Shown here: one piece after another, positions 1 to 16,318 of the stretch
Numbering within the stretch: the stretch's first letter is position 1
How the letters are laid out: every line of letters begins with the position of its first letter
Assembly: GCF_003334815.1 (NCBI RefSeq)
Contig: NZ_QOWO01000008.1
Reading direction: 5' to 3' (one strand)
DNA: 64,000 nucleotides
Source: Escherichia coli
GTDB lineage: Bacteria > Pseudomonadota > Gammaproteobacteria > Enterobacterales > Enterobacteriaceae
Position numbers and translations under genes: made by a program
The notes under the pieces: generated by a model
What the model was told of the DNA's origin: nothing
The model's database searches: none
The model's input: only the letters and a program-made list of their open reading frames with translations

Positions 1-456
1 TTGATGGCTTACCTGTTCGGTGATTTGCTGGCAGTGACGCCAGAAGATCTCATCTCTATTGCGATTGGCGTGGTCATCGTGGTGGCTATTTTGTTCTGGC
101 AATGGCGCAATTTGCTGTCAATGACGATAAGCCCGGATCTGGCGTTTGTTGATGGTGTGAAATTACAGCGAGTGAAATTGTTGTTGATGCTGGTGACGGC
201 ATTGACGATTGGTGTAGCGATGAAATTTGTCGGTGCGTTGATTATTACTTCGTTGCTGATTATTCCTGCTGCTACTGCGCGTCGCTTTGCCCGCACGCCG
301 GAACAGATGGCTGGTGTCGCTGTTTTGGTGGGGATGGTGGCAGTGACTGGCGGTTTAACCTTTTCCGCGGTTTACGATACGCCGGCGGGTCCGTCGGTGG
401 TGCTATGTGCGGCACTGTTATTTATTCTCAGTATGATGAAAAAGCAGGCCAGCTAA
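1..456 (+). CDS. znuB: Zinc ABC transporter permease ZnuB, C-terminal part (5' end outside window)
   Basis: ORF runs from window edge; hydrophobic membrane protein; position upstream of ruvB as in E. coli. Confidence 0.8.
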
Positions 457-469
457 TCTATCGCTGAAC

Positions 470-1616
<1,147 letters not shown>

Positions 1617-1621
1617 TTACC

Positions 1622-2233
1622 TCATAACGCGGCGCGTAGGGCTTCGCGAATTAAAGTTTCACTGCTGGCGTCAGGGCGAGCGATTTTGCTCACCATGCGG
1701 CTTGCTTCTTGTGGTTTATAGCCCAGCGCCACCAGCGCGGCAACCGCTTCTTGTTCAGCATCGTCGGTCGCCGGGCTGGCAGGAGACGTGAGTACCAGGT
1801 CGGCGGCTGGCGTAAAGAGATCGCCATGCAAACCTTTAAATCGGTCTTTCATTTCAACAATCAAGCGTTCGGCGGTTTTTTTGCCAATACCCGGCAGTTT
1901 CACCAGTGCCCCCACTTCTTCACGCTCAACGGCATTAACGAACTGCTGCGCTGACATTCCGGAGAGGATCGCCAGCGCCAACTTCGGGCCGACGCCGTTG
2001 GTTTTGATCAACTCTTTGAACAATGTGCGCTCTTGTTTATTGTTAAAACCGTACAGCAGTTGCGCGTCTTCACGCACCACAAAGTGGGTGAAAACGATCG
2101 CTTCCTGACCCGCTTCAGGGAGTTCATAAAAACAGGTCATCGGCATATGCACTTCATAGCCTACGCCGCCCACTTCAATTAACACCAGCGGGGGTTGTTT
2201 TTCAATGATGATGCCTCTGAGTCTGCCTATCAC
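1622..2233 (-). CDS. ruvA: Holliday junction DNA helicase subunit RuvA
   Basis: 203 aa ORF immediately upstream of ruv[14 protein letters not shown]-terminus. Confidence 0.95.
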   Translation of the reverse strand: MIGRLRGIIIEKQPPLVLIEVGGVGYEVHMPMTCFYELPEAGQEAIVFTHFVVREDAQLLYGFNNKQERTLFKELIKTNGVGPKLALAILSGMSAQQFVNAVEREEVGALVKLPGIGKKTAERLIVEMKDRFKGLHGDLFTPAADLVLTSPASPATDDAEQEAVAALVALGYKPQEASRMVSKIARPDASSETLIREALRAAL

Positions 2234-2282
2234 ATGACGCTCCTGCGTAATGAATCAAAGATAATGCTGTATGATAAAAAAA

Positions 2283-2302
2283 TGCTGGATAGATATCCAG
2301 CG
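2283..2302 (-). promoter_or_regulatory. LexA (SOS) box of the ruvAB operon
   Basis: Palindrome tgCTGGatagatatCCAGcg about 50 bp upstream of ruvA start; matches recalled ruvAB SOS box. Confidence 0.6.
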
Positions 2303-2507
2303 AAGGATGAAGAAAACTTGCGAGGTGTCTCGATGAACTGAAAAATGGCACAGTATAATTTATTCTACAGGTTATATTGGAAGCAAATATTTTAATATTA
2401 CATATTCAGTGAAGAAATGCGTAATAAAAATATACATTGCGCCTCCTGAAAAAATAAATTTTTTATGCTATTACGTATATTTGTATCTATTTCAATGGAA
2501 TGACAAC

Positions 2508-3110
2508 GTGAATATTAATTACCCTGCTGAATATGAAATTGGAGATATCGTCTTTACATGTATAGGTGCTGCCTTATTTGGTCAAATATCAGCTGCATCA
2601 AATTGCTGGAGTAATCACGTCGGGATCATTATCGGTCATAACGGTGAAGACTTCCTGGTTGCAGAAAGCCGGGTTCCCCTTTCAACCATCACCACGCTAT
2701 CTCGTTTTATTAAACGTTCGTCTAATCAACGCTATGCTATAAAGCGATTAGACGCTGGGCTGACAGAACGACAAAAACAACGAATTGTTGAACAGGTTCC
2801 CTCCCGGCTACGCAAACTTTACCACACCGGTTTTAAATACGAATCTTCGCGCCAGTTCTGTTCAAAATTTGTTTTTGATATTTATAAAGAAGCGCTATGT
2901 ATTCCGGTGGGTGAAATAGAGACGTTTGGAGAATTGTTAAATAGCAATCCGAATGCAAAACTCACTTTCTGGAAATTCTGGTTCCTGGGTTCTATTCCGT
3001 GGGAGCGTAAAACCGTCACGCCAGCCAGTTTGTGGCATCATCCGGGTTTGGTGTTGATTCATGCGGAGGGAGTGGAAACGCCTCAGCCGGAACTGACCGA
3101 GGCGGTATAA
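2508..3110 (+). CDS. yebB: Uncharacterized protein YebB (200 aa form, GTG start); six-frame ORF extends to 2409
   Basis: Translation [17 protein letters not shown]... matches YebB; AT-rich gene. Confidence 0.75.
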
Positions 3111-3111
3111 C

Positions 3112-3633
3112 TTAACGCAGTCGCCCTCTCGCCAGGTTCAGCCGCGATTCGCTCATCTGCATCGCATTCTGACTAACGTGGCAGTGGGTGATAGCAATCG
3201 CCAGCGCATCGGCGGCATCCGCCTGTGGATTAGCGGGCAGTTTCAGCAAGGTGCGGACCATATGCTGCACCTGGCTTTTTTCGGCACTGCCAATACCTAC
3301 CACCGTTTGCTTTACCTGACGTGCCGCGTATTCAAATACTGGCAACTCCTGATTCACCGCCGCCACAATCGCCACGCCGCGCGCCTGGCCCAGTTTCAGG
3401 GCTGAGTCAGCGTTCTTTGCCATAAAGACTTGTTCAATGGCGAAATAATCAGGCTGGAACTGGGTGATGATTTCCGTCACGCCCGCATAGATGAGTTTCA
3501 GACGAGACGGTAAATCATCCACTTTGGTGCGGATGCATCCGCTACCCAGGTAGGACAGTTGCCTACCTACCTGGCGGATGACGCCGTAGCCGGTCACGCG
3601 CGAACCCGGATCAATGCCGAGAATAATAGCCAT
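3112..3633 (-). CDS. ruvC: Holliday junction resolvase RuvC
   Basis: [19 protein letters not shown]-terminus, 173 aa. Confidence 0.95.
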
Positions 3634-3667
3634 CACGCGTCTCCGTTTTGCTGTTTAGCAGGCCTCA

Positions 3668-4408
3668 TCAGAGAGTCGCTGCGACCTCATCAGAGATTTC
3701 ACCGTTATGGTAAACTTCCTGCACGTCGTCGCAATCTTCCAGCATATCGATCAGACGCATCAGTTTCGGTGCGGTTTCTGCATCCATATCAGCTTTGGTA
3801 GACGGGATCATGGAAACTTCCGCGCTGTCTGCTTTCAGACCTGCCGCTTCCAGAGCGTCGCGCACTTTACCCATTTCTTCCCATGCAGTGTAGACATCAA
3901 TCGCGCCGTCATCATAGGTCACAACGTCTTCAGCACCTGCTTCCAGTGCTGCTTCCATGATGGTGTCTTCATCGCCTTTCTCGAAGGAGATCACGCCTTT
4001 TTTGCTGAACAGATAGGCAACGGAACCATCAGTACCGAGGTTACCGCCACATTTGCTAAATGCATGACGCACTTCAGCAACGGTACGGTTGCGGTTGTCA
4101 GACAGACATTCAATCATGATTGCCGTGCCGCCAGGACCGTAACCTTCGTAGATGATGGTTTCCATGTTTGCATCATCATCACCGCCCACACCACGTGCAA
4201 TTGCGCGGTTCAGTGTGTCACGGGTCATGTTGTTAGACAGTGCTTTATCCACCGCCGCACGCAGACGCGGGTTAGCGTCCGGATCGCCACCGCCCAGCTT
4301 AGCCGCGGTTACCAGCTCACGAATGATTTTAGTGAAGATTTTACCGCGCTTAGCATCCTGCGCAGCTTTACGATGTCTGGTGTTGGCCCATTTACTATGA
4401 CCTGCCAT
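3668..4408 (-). CDS. yebC: YebC/PmpR family transcriptional regulator
   Basis: 246 aa, [23 protein letters not shown] signature. Confidence 0.95.
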
Positions 4409-4436
4409 AAAAATATCTCCAGATAGCCCTGCCTGT

Positions 4437-4889
4437 TCAGGCAGCGTTAATTACAAACTGTTCAATCGCCTGCCGGTTGCTCCAGGACTTAGTGAGCGCC
4501 GCCGCAGCAGGCGCATCAAGCCACTTGTAAGCCAGATGTTCAGTGAAAACGATCTGCCGCTCGTGCGGAAGCGCAAGACAGAACCATGATTCCGTATTAC
4601 GCGTCACGCCCGGCGCATAGCGATGACGTAAATGTGAAAAAATTTCAAACTCTACCGTGCGCTGACAGTCAATTAAGGTCAGTTGTTCAGCGACAACATC
4701 AATGGTGACCTCTTCCTTTACTTCGCGCATGGCAGCTTGCGGCGCGGTTTCACCCTCTTCCACGCTGCCGGTTACCGACTGCCAGAAATCGGGATCGTCA
4801 CGCCGCTGCAACATCAGCACCCGTTTCGTATCTTGTGCGTAGATGACCACTAAGATCGAAACGGGACGCTTATACACTTTATCCTTCAC
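4437..4889 (-). CDS. nudB: Dihydroneopterin triphosphate diphosphatase (Nudix) NudB
   Basis: Nudix box present; 150 aa from an internal GTG start; ORF extended to 4946 in six-frame track. Confidence 0.85.
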
Positions 4890-5006
4890 GCTGCCTCTTC
4901 GTTGACTGCCTTCGCTCATCCCATTCACATAGTTATCTATGCTCATGGGAGTTCACTCAGTTGCCGCCTCGATGCAACGCGAATGATTTCGTGTATTTGA
5001 GTCATA

Positions 5007-6779
5007 TCAGTTATTCTCAGCCTTCTTCACAACCTGAATGCTCAGCTCAGCCAGTGCAGTCGGGTTAGCAAAGCTCGGTGCTTCAGTCATCAGACACGCT
5101 GCCGCCGTGGTTTTCGGGAAGGCGATAACGTCACGGATATTGTCGGTGCCGGTCAGCAGCATGGTCAGACGGTCAAGACCGAATGCCAGACCTGCGTGCG
5201 GCGGAGTACCGTATTTCAGAGCGTCGAGCAGGAAGCCGAATTTCTCGCGCTGTTCCTCTTCGTTGATACCCAGAATACCAAACACCGTCTGCTGCATATC
5301 ACCATTATGGATACGTACTGAACCACCGCCCACTTCGTAACCATTGATGACCATATCGTAAGCGTTCGCCACCGCATTTTCCGGTGCAGCTTTCAGTTCT
5401 GCAGCCGTCATATCTTTCGGTGAGGTGAACGGATGGTGCATTGCCGTCAGGCCGCCTTCACCGTCGTCTTCAAACATCGGGAAGTCGATAACCCACAGCG
5501 GTGCCCATTTGCTTTCGTCGGTCAGACCAAGGTCTTTACCCACTTTCAGGCGCAGTGCACCCATCGCGTCGGCAACAATTTTCTTGTTGTCGGCACCGAA
5601 GAAAATCATATCGCCATCTTGCGCGGCAGTACGATCCAGGATGTCTTCGATGATTTCTGCATTAAGGAACTTCGCTACCGGGCTGTTGATACCTTCCAGA
5701 CCTTTCGCGCGTTCGTTAACTTTGATGTAAGCCAGACCTTTCGCGCCGTAGATTTTAACGAAGTTACCGTATTCGTCGATCTGCTTACGGGTCAGCGATG
5801 CGCCGCCCGGAACGCGCAGAGCCGCTACGCGACCTTTCGGATCGTTCGCCGGACCTGCAAATACAGCAAACTCAACAGATTTCAGCAGATCAGCAACGTC
5901 AGTCAGTTCCATCGGGTTACGCAGATCCGGTTTATCAGAACCATAACGGCGTTCTGCTTCCGCAAAGGTCATTACCGGGAAATCGCCCAGATCCACACCC
6001 TTCACTTCCAGCCACAGATGACGCACCAGCGCTTCCATCACTTCACGCACTTGCGGCGCGGTCATGAAAGAAGTTTCCACATCGATCTGAGTAAATTCAG
6101 GCTGACGGTCAGCACGCAGGTCTTCGTCACGGAAGCATTTAACGATCTGATAGTAACGGTCAAAACCGGACATCATCAGCAGCTGTTTGAACAACTGCGG
6201 GGATTGCGGCAGTGCGTAGAATTTACCTTTGTGCACACGAGAAGGCACCAGGTAGTCACGCGCGCCTTCCGGCGTGGCTTTGGTCAGCATCGGAGTTTCG
6301 ATGTCGAGGAAGCCGTGGTCATCCATAAAACGGCGCACCAGGCTGGTGATTTTAGCGCGGGTTTTCAGGCGCTGAGCCATTTCCGGACGACGCAGGTCGA
6401 GGTAGCGGTATTTCAGACGCGCTTCTTCGGTGTTGACGTGGTTAGAGTCAAGCGGCAGAACATCTGCGCGGTTGATGATAGTCAGCGAGGACGCCAGCAC
6501 TTCGATTTCGCCGGTCGCCATATCGCGGTTAATATTTTTTTCGTCACGCGCACGTACGGTGCCCGTGACCTGAATGCAGAACTCATTACGCAGTTCAGAG
6601 GCCAGCTTTAACGCGTCCGCACGATCCGGATCGAAAAATACCTGCACGATACCTTCGCGGTCGCGCATATCGATGAAGATCAGGCTACCAAGATCACGAC
6701 GACGGTTGACCCAACCACACAGAGTCACCTGCTGCCCCACGTGGGACAAACGGAGCTGTCCACAATATTCTGTACGCAT
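5007..6779 (-). CDS. aspS: Aspartate--tRNA ligase
   Basis: 590 aa class II aa[26 protein letters not shown]. Confidence 0.97.
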   Translation of the reverse strand: MRTEYCGQLRLSHVGQQVTLCGWVNRRRDLGSLIFIDMRDREGIVQVFFDPDRADALKLASELRNEFCIQVTGTVRARDEKNINRDMATGEIEVLASSLTIINRADVLPLDSNHVNTEEARLKYRYLDLRRPEMAQRLKTRAKITSLVRRFMDDHGFLDIETPMLTKATPEGARDYLVPSRVHKGKFYALPQSPQLFKQLLMMSGFDRYYQIVKCFRDEDLRADRQPEFTQIDVETSFMTAPQVREVMEALVRHLWLEVKGVDLGDFPVMTFAEAERRYGSDKPDLRNPMELTDVADLLKSVEFAVFAGPANDPKGRVAALRVPGGASLTRKQIDEYGNFVKIYGAKGLAYIKVNERAKGLEGINSPVAKFLNAEIIEDILDRTAAQDGDMIFFGADNKKIVADAMGALRLKVGKDLGLTDESKWAPLWVIDFPMFEDDGEGGLTAMHHPFTSPKDMTAAELKAAPENAVANAYDMVINGYEVGGGSVRIHNGDMQQTVFGILGINEEEQREKFGFLLDALKYGTPPHAGLAFGLDRLTMLLTGTDNIRDVIAFPKTTAAACLMTEAPSFANPTALAELSIQVVKKAENN

Positions 6780-7088
6780 GAGATATCCCTTAACTTAGCT
6801 GCCGGCGGATGCCCCCTGCTGCGCAGGTGACCAAGTCGCAGCGTTAGCTGTATGTCACAACTGAATGAAAAAAGGCGGCTATTATACTGGAAATTCTGCC
6901 GCACCGTAAGAGCCTGGCCCGCGCTGGAACGCCTCGTTACCACTTTATATCGGGCCTGAAATCAGACTCTACGCCAGTTTGCTATAAAGGTGTTGCCCGA
7001 ACTCATAAAAATTAACAAAATTTGTCGTTCCGCCATCGGCTAATCGCATTAAGGTGTGAGGCACGATTTTGTTTTTTCAGGAGTCATT

Positions 7089-7655
7089 ATGCTTGAACTT
7101 AATGCTAAAACCACTGCGCTGGTGGTGATCGATTTACAAGAAGGCATCTTACCTTTTGCCGGTGGTCCACATACTGCCGATGAGGTAGTTAATCGCGCCG
7201 GGAAGCTGGCGGCGAAATTTCGCGCCAGCGGTCAGCCCGTGTTTCTGGTGCGCGTTGGCTGGTCTGCCGATTACGCTGAAGCATTAAAACAGCCGGTCGA
7301 TGCGCCCTCACCGGCTAAAGTGTTGCCCGAAAATTGGTGGCAACATCCTGCTGCATTAGGTGCAACCGACAGCGATATCGAAATCATCAAACGTCAATGG
7401 GGTGCGTTTTACGGTACGGATCTGGAGTTGCAATTACGCCGCCGAGGTATCGATACAATAGTGTTATGTGGGATCTCGACCAATATCGGTGTTGAATCCA
7501 CCGCCCGCAATGCCTGGGAACTTGGCTTTAATCTGGTGATTGCCGAAGACGCCTGTAGTGCCGCCAGCGCCGAGCAGCACAATAACAGTATCAACCATAT
7601 CTACCCGCGCATCGCCCGTGTGCGTAGCGTGGAAGAGATCCTCAACGCGTTATGA
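7089..7655 (+). CDS. yecD: Isochorismatase-family hydrolase YecD
   Basis: [17 protein letters not shown] start, 188 aa; six-frame ORF begins at 7056. Confidence 0.85.
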
Positions 7656-8470
7656 TTTACATCGGTCTACCGCAATGGTCGCATCCTAAATGGGTGCGGT
7701 TGGGGATCACCAGCCTTGAAGAGTATGCCCGCCACTTTAACTGCGTGGAGGGCAACACCACGCTTTACGCCCTGCCGAAACCCGAGGTTGTCCTGCGCTG
7801 GCGTGAGCAGACCACAGATGACTTCCGCTTCTGTTTTAAGTTTCCGGCGACCATTTCGCATCAGGCAGCATTACGGCATTGCGATGATTTAGTGACTGAA
7901 TTTTTGACCCGCATGTCACCGTTGGCTCCGCGCATTGGGCAATACTGGCTGCAACTGCCTGCCACATTCGGCCCACGGGAGCTGCCTGCGCTTTGGCATT
8001 TTCTCGATTCTCTTCCTGGCGAATTTAATTATGGCGTGGAAGTCCGCCATCCACAGTTTTTCGCCAAAGGAGAAGAGGAACAAACGCTTAATCGCGGTTT
8101 ACATCAGCGCGGCGTTAATCGGGTGATTTTAGACAGCCGCCCGGTTCATGCAGCACGTCCACACAGTGAAGCTATTCGCGACGCTCAACGAAAAAAACCT
8201 AAAGTTCCGGTACATGCTGTACTGACGGCGACAAATCCGCTGATCCGTTTTATCGGTAGTGATGATATGACGCAAAACCGGGAATTATTTCAGGTCTGGT
8301 TACAAAAATTAGCGCAGTGGCATCAGACCACTACGCCTTATCTTTTTTTACATACGCCAGACATTGCCCAGGCACCGGAACTGGTACATACCCTGTGGGA
8401 AGACTTACGTAAAACGCTTCCAGAGATCGGAGCAGTTCCGGCTATTCCACAGCAATCTTCTCTTTTCTGA
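7652..8470 (+). CDS. yecE: DUF72 family protein YecE
   Basis: 272 aa ORF; start overlaps yecD stop (ATGA). Confidence 0.9.
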
Positions 8471-8522
8471 ATTTGCCACCTATCATAGACAGGTGCCATC
8501 GGCCATTTTAAAGGGAGTTTGT

Positions 8523-10670
<2,148 letters not shown>

Positions 10671-10682
10671 AGGTCTGGTATT

Positions 10683-10790
10683 ACTGCCGGATGCGGCGTG
10701 AACGCCTTATCCGGCCTACAAAACCTTGCTAATTCAATATATTGCAGGGACTATGTAGGCCTGATAAGCATAGCGCATCAGGCAGCTTTA
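10683..10790. repeat. REP/BIME cluster
   Basis: ctgccggatgcggcgtgaacgccttatccggcctac and inverted copy gtaggcctgataagc...gcatcaggcag. Confidence 0.8.
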
Positions 10791-10834
10791 CGTTTGCATA
10801 ACCTCAGCGCCCGTTTCCGGGCGCTATTCACGTC

Positions 10835-13264
10835 TTACGCCTGAACAGCTGGCTGATCAAACGCCGTTAACTTCGGTGCATTGCCCGTATATTTTTCGAT
10901 ATACACCAACGCTGAGTTACCGGCACAGGCATTTGCCAGCTGCGAGCTGGGGATATCCGCCGTTAACACGTTCGCACTGCCGTTTTTACACAAGCCATTT
11001 TCCAGATCTGGCCATGCACCTTCATGCACGCATACCACGCCTTTTTTGATCCCGTCAGTCACCACCGCGCCTGTCAAAATCTGACCACGTTTGTTCCAGA
11101 CACGCACCAGATCGCCATTCGCAATACCAAAGCGTGCAGCATCTTCGGTGTGAATAGTGATTGGTTCACGATCGGCGATCGCATATTTTTTACGCAGTTC
11201 CGCATAGTTAAGCTGACTGTGTAAACGGTGTGCCGGATGTGCGGTCAGAAGCTGTAACTGCTTCTCGTCGGCGGTACCTTTCCATTCATCAGGAGCCAGC
11301 CAGGTTGGGTGTGCCGGGCAATCCTTATAGCCAAATTTTTCCAACGTTTTTGAATAGATTTCAATTTTGCCGCTTGGCGTACCCAGCGCATTTTTCACCG
11401 GATCGGCGCGGAAATCACCATAACGAACGTACTGTTCGTTCTTCTCGCTGCGGCGCATTTCGATCAGTTTATTTTGCTGCCAGAAGGCATTAAACATTGG
11501 CATAGTGACGCGTTGCGCACGGGCACCTTTCTGAGCGGCATCATAGAAAAATTTCAGCCACGCCATTTCATCTTTACCTTCGGTATAGATCTCTTTTCCG
11601 CCAGGTTTGAGTAATTCCGCAAGATCGGCAAACACGTCAAAATCGTTACGCGCTTCAAATTGCGGAGCAACAGCCTGCTTCATCGGCACAATATGCTGGT
11701 TGCTGTAATCACCGGTCATCGTCAAGTCATTGCGCTCAAACGATGTGGTGATCGGTAATACGATATCTGCGTGTTTGGCTGCTGCGGTCCAGTAGCATTC
11801 AGAAACGACGATCATCTCCGGTTTCTGCCATGCTTTAATCAGACGATTAGTATCCTGGTGATGGGTAAAGTTACCGCCACCCGCCCACCAGATCATTTTG
11901 ATATTCGGATACGTTTGTTCTTTACCGTTATGCTGATATTTGCCGCCAGGATTTTCCAGCGCATCGACGATACGGGCAACAGGAATCGCCGTCATTCCGC
12001 CATCATCAGCGGCCTCGCTGGCATGTCCGGCAATCGCCGCAGACATTTCCGGCAGCACGCCGCCAACACGCGTCGGGTTGCCACCGTTGGAGTAATGATA
12101 AGAGAAACCAAAACCGCCGCCCGGTGTACCAATCTGCCCTAACATCGCCGCCAGCGTCACCAGCATCCAGTGTTTCTGTTCACCATATTGCTGGCGCTGA
12201 ATTCCCCAGCCTGCCATCAGCATTGTGCGATTCGCCGCCATCAGTTCAGCGAGTTTGACTATCTGCGCTTCCGGTACGCCAGTAATTTCCGCCGCCCAGA
12301 CCGCGCTCTTCGGCGTATTATCGCTCTTACCTGTCAGATACTCTTCAAACTGCGGATACCCGGTAGTGTATTTTTCAAGGAACACTTTATCGTGTTTGCC
12401 TTGTGTCATCAGGGTATGCGCAATCCCTAACATCAGTGCCACGTCGGTGCCCATATTCGGCGCGATCCAGGTGGCATTATCGTCAAAGAATTCGATGGTT
12501 TCGGAGCGGATAGGATCAATGGCAATCACTGGTTTGCCAGATTTTTTCAGCTGATGGAAGTATTCCAGCCCTTGCTCATCGGTACTGCTCCAGGCAATTT
12601 TTAAGGTATTCAGCGGGTTCATTCCCCACAGCACCACAACCTGGCTGTTTTCCAGAATCAGCGGCCAGGAGGTCTGCTGTTCATACACCTCTACAGAACC
12701 GACCACATGCGGCATGATCACCTGTGCTGCCCCGGTTGAATAATCGCCGCTATGCCCGGAATAACCGCCCGCCAGGTTCATATAACGTTGCAGTAAGGTT
12801 TGCGCTTTATGCAACACGCCAGAAGAGCGCCAGCCGTAAGATCCGGCAAAAATGGCCGATGGTCCGTTAGCTTTACGAATACGATCATGTTGCTCATGAA
12901 TCAGTTTTAATGCCTGTTCCCAGCTCACCTGTACATAGGTATCTTCGCCACGACCTTTCGCCGGTTGCAGTGGATTATCGAGATAGCTTTTTCTCACCAT
13001 CGGATGCTGAATACGCGCCGTGGTGTGTACCTGATCCGCCGCCGTAGACTGTAAGGAATTCGGTATGGTTTTCGCCAGCGCGCCTGTTGAAGAAACAATC
13101 TTGCCGTCCTTCACTTCTACGTTCATCGCTCCCCAACGTCCCGCGGTGAGGATTTTACCGCCCTTCTCTTCTGCCCATGCGGGGAGCGGTGCTGCCGATG
13201 TCACCACCAGCGCTCCAGCGGCAATACCGCTGTGTTTAATAAATTCACGTCTTGTTAATGTCAT
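10835..13264 (-). CDS. torZ: Trimethylamine N-oxide reductase 2 catalytic subunit TorZ (molybdoenzyme, Tat signal)
   Basis: [20 protein letters not shown] twin-arginine leader; 809 aa. Confidence 0.93.
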   Translation of the reverse strand: MTLTRREFIKHSGIAAGALVVTSAAPLPAWAEEKGGKILTAGRWGAMNVEVKDGKIVSSTGALAKTIPNSLQSTAADQVHTTARIQHPMVRKSYLDNPLQPAKGRGEDTYVQVSWEQALKLIHEQHDRIRKANGPSAIFAGSYGWRSSGVLHKAQTLLQRYMNLAGGYSGHSGDYSTGAAQVIMPHVVGSVEVYEQQTSWPLILENSQVVVLWGMNPLNTLKIAWSSTDEQGLEYFHQLKKSGKPVIAIDPIRSETIEFFDDNATWIAPNMGTDVALMLGIAHTLMTQGKHDKVFLEKYTTGYPQFEEYLTGKSDNTPKSAVWAAEITGVPEAQIVKLAELMAANRTMLMAGWGIQRQQYGEQKHWMLVTLAAMLGQIGTPGGGFGFSYHYSNGGNPTRVGGVLPEMSAAIAGHASEAADDGGMTAIPVARIVDALENPGGKYQHNGKEQTYPNIKMIWWAGGGNFTHHQDTNRLIKAWQKPEMIVVSECYWTAAAKHADIVLPITTSFERNDLTMTGDYSNQHIVPMKQAVAPQFEARNDFDVFADLAELLKPGGKEIYTEGKDEMAWLKFFYDAAQKGARAQRVTMPMFNAFWQQNKLIEMRRSEKNEQYVRYGDFRADPVKNALGTPSGKIEIYSKTLEKFGYKDCPAHPTWLAPDEWKGTADEKQLQLLTAHPAHRLHSQLNYAELRKKYAIADREPITIHTEDAARFGIANGDLVRVWNKRGQILTGAVVTDGIKKGVVCVHEGAWPDLENGLCKNGSANVLTADIPSSQLANACAGNSALVYIEKYTGNAPKLTAFDQPAVQA

Positions 13265-13288
13265 AACTTCCTCCCTGATCAACGAGGA

Positions 13289-14389
13289 TCACTGTTTCTC
13301 GGTAATATCTTTGGCGTTGTACTGGAAATACCGCGTTAAAATGTCCAGTTCGTTTTCGCTCATGCTGGTTCGTGCCCCCATTCCTTTGGCAATGGACGGC
13401 CACGCATTGACGGTGTAATGGTCGGCGGCAATAGGGGCATGACAACCAGCGCAATAGGTATCGTCAAGTTTTTCAGCGTATTGCCATAGCGGTTTACGGT
13501 CCGCTAATGCGGGATCGGTAAGCGCACCCTGTAAAGACGCCTGACGCCATTGATTGCCGTATTCGTCAGCCTGCCATTCCCCGTTTACAGTGAGCGCCTT
13601 GATACCTTCTTCACTTAATGTGGCTAGCGCCAGCCGTTGACCTGCCGCCAGGTAGAGCGTGTTTTCACTGCCCTGCATTTGATAACCCTGCAACAGAACG
13701 ATCGGCTGTTTGCCACTGGCATCAACGACGGTGAGATCGGTTCCAGGATTCACGGTAGCCAGCTCGCCTATGTGAGAAGTTTTGAAAGGATAAATATGTG
13801 CGCCATTAGTAACTGAAGTAGCGGCCTGACTTTCCAGCTCATGCGCCGCGTTGTCATCCATTTTTATTTCTGGCGGAAAATGGGCAATGCCTTTATGACA
13901 ATCGATACAGGTTTCGCTGTCCTTTTGTGCTTTGTTATGCATTTTCTGCGCAGATTCACTTTGCGAGGCAATATCCATGGCATCAAAAGAATGGCAACTA
14001 CGGCACGTTGCAGAGTCAGTGGCTTTTAATTCTTTCCATACTGTTTCGGCCATTTCCTGGCGATGAGCTTCGAACTTATCGTCACTGTCTATTTTGCCGC
14101 TAACAAATTCATGATAAATATCTTTAGATGCCTTTAATTTAGCAAATAAATAATCCATCCCTGACTTTGGAATATGGCAATCGGCACATTCCGCACGTAT
14201 CCCTTTCTGGTTCGAAAAGTGGACAGTTCCCTGATATTCCTCAAAAGGTTTACTCATCGAGTGGCAGGAAAGGCAAAATGCTGTATCCGACGTTTTATGT
14301 AAGGCTTTTTGCGCCAGCAATAACCCGCCGCCACCAACCACAACCGCTATCAGCAAAAACAATAACCCAATGCGTTTTTTCCCTCGCAT
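13289..14389 (-). CDS. torY: Pentahaem c-type cytochrome TorY
   Basis: 366 aa with multiple CxxCH motifs (CLSCH, CADCH, CRSCH, CIDCH, CAGCH). Confidence 0.93.
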   Translation of the reverse strand: MRGKKRIGLLFLLIAVVVGGGGLLLAQKALHKTSDTAFCLSCHSMSKPFEEYQGTVHFSNQKGIRAECADCHIPKSGMDYLFAKLKASKDIYHEFVSGKIDSDDKFEAHRQEMAETVWKELKATDSATCRSCHSFDAMDIASQSESAQKMHNKAQKDSETCIDCHKGIAHFPPEIKMDDNAAHELESQAATSVTNGAHIYPFKTSHIGELATVNPGTDLTVVDASGKQPIVLLQGYQMQGSENTLYLAAGQRLALATLSEEGIKALTVNGEWQADEYGNQWRQASLQGALTDPALADRKPLWQYAEKLDDTYCAGCHAPIAADHYTVNAWPSIAKGMGARTSMSENELDILTRYFQYNAKDITEKQ

Positions 14390-14696
14390 AGATTCCTCTA
14401 ATTAAATTACTGGACACCGAAATCATTGTATAATTAAATATACAACGAATTAACCGCTTGCATAATTAGGCACAACACTGCCTGAAACAATCGATAAAGA
14501 ATATGATTTATTACAATGTAATCATTAATTGCTAAGGAATAACCCAGTTGCTATTTAGAATATATATTTATCAGTTTTAGTAATTTAAATCCCATAATTA
14601 ATGTGAATATATACAATATTTTTAGCACAACGCTATGCGCACTGTCACCCGCTCAACAGATCACGGTTATCGTTCGTTTTTTATACTGTTCAGGGA

Positions 14697-15532
<836 letters not shown>

Positions 15533-15536
15533 TTAA

Positions 15537-16103
15537 TTACGCCGACTGCTCGCTGGCAACGATCTCTTCAATGGACCACGGATGAAACTTAATAGTTGTT
15601 TTGCCATCGGTGACCGCCAGCGTCGGATTCGGTAATCGCTCATGCTCACCTTTTGGCGAACTGGTTTTCACTGAGATCCCCGGTAGGCTGAGTCCTTCAT
15701 CAGAAAGCAATGCCAGCGCACGGGCATTCAGCGTTTCTGGATCACCCGGCAGAACGATTTCAATATGTTCCCAACCTTCGTGTGGGTAACGTTTTTCCCC
15801 GGGCCACGGTAGCTCCACAATAGAAAACTGCCAGTGCGCAACCTGTACCGGTTCATGCAATTTAAACAGACAAATCGGTCTGCCATTGATCATATTTTCT
15901 GACAAAAGCTCGCCACACTGTTCAAACCCGCGACGCCAGCGTTCAGCAGTGGCGTTTTGATGGCAACGCAAAGAAATGTGATCGGCAGTCAGCGGAGTGA
16001 TATTCAACCCCAGACGGCGGGAAAGTTCATCTAATGCGTGGATAAATCGCGGTAAATCCGATGCAATATCCTGCAGCTCGTCGATAGATTGCCAGTTCGC
16101 CAT
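15537..16103 (-). CDS. yecM: Uncharacterized protein YecM
   Basis: 188 aa, conserved position between cutC and argS. Confidence 0.85.
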   Translation of the reverse strand: MANWQSIDELQDIASDLPRFIHALDELSRRLGLNITPLTADHISLRCHQNATAERWRRGFEQCGELLSENMINGRPICLFKLHEPVQVAHWQFSIVELPWPGEKRYPHEGWEHIEIVLPGDPETLNARALALLSDEGLSLPGISVKTSSPKGEHERLPNPTLAVTDGKTTIKFHPWSIEEIVASEQSA

Positions 16104-16318
16104 AATCACTCTTCGTCTTTCAGTAAAAGCGTTAATTTACCCTGTTGCCCTGTGCCAACCAACCGCTGATTTCACGCCGCTTCTGATGCAATAGTGAAAA
16201 CGGCAATACGCCACGCGCACGTTGCTGACGAAAACAGCCATTTGCAGTATACTCCCGCCCTAATTTCTTTAACTGGTGCGGGCAATTTTTGCTCGCTTCA
16301 TCAATGTAAGGTATTCCG

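Noticed and set aside
2409-2507. Small protein yobI upstream of yebB
   Set aside because: I recall that a very small ORF is annotated between ruvA and yebB in K-12 but cannot reproduce its sequence or coordinates reliably, so it is not reported as a feature.
5433-6611. 392 aa ORF on the plus strand antisense to aspS
   Set aside because: Lies entirely within a well-supported aaRS gene on the opposite strand; the product is low-complexity (R/F/H/V rich), typical of spurious antisense ORFs in GC-biased coding sequence.
8364-8522. 184 aa version of yecN overlapping the 3' end of yecE
   Set aside because: The extension overlaps yecE in another frame; the ATG at 8523 gives the 131 aa membrane protein.
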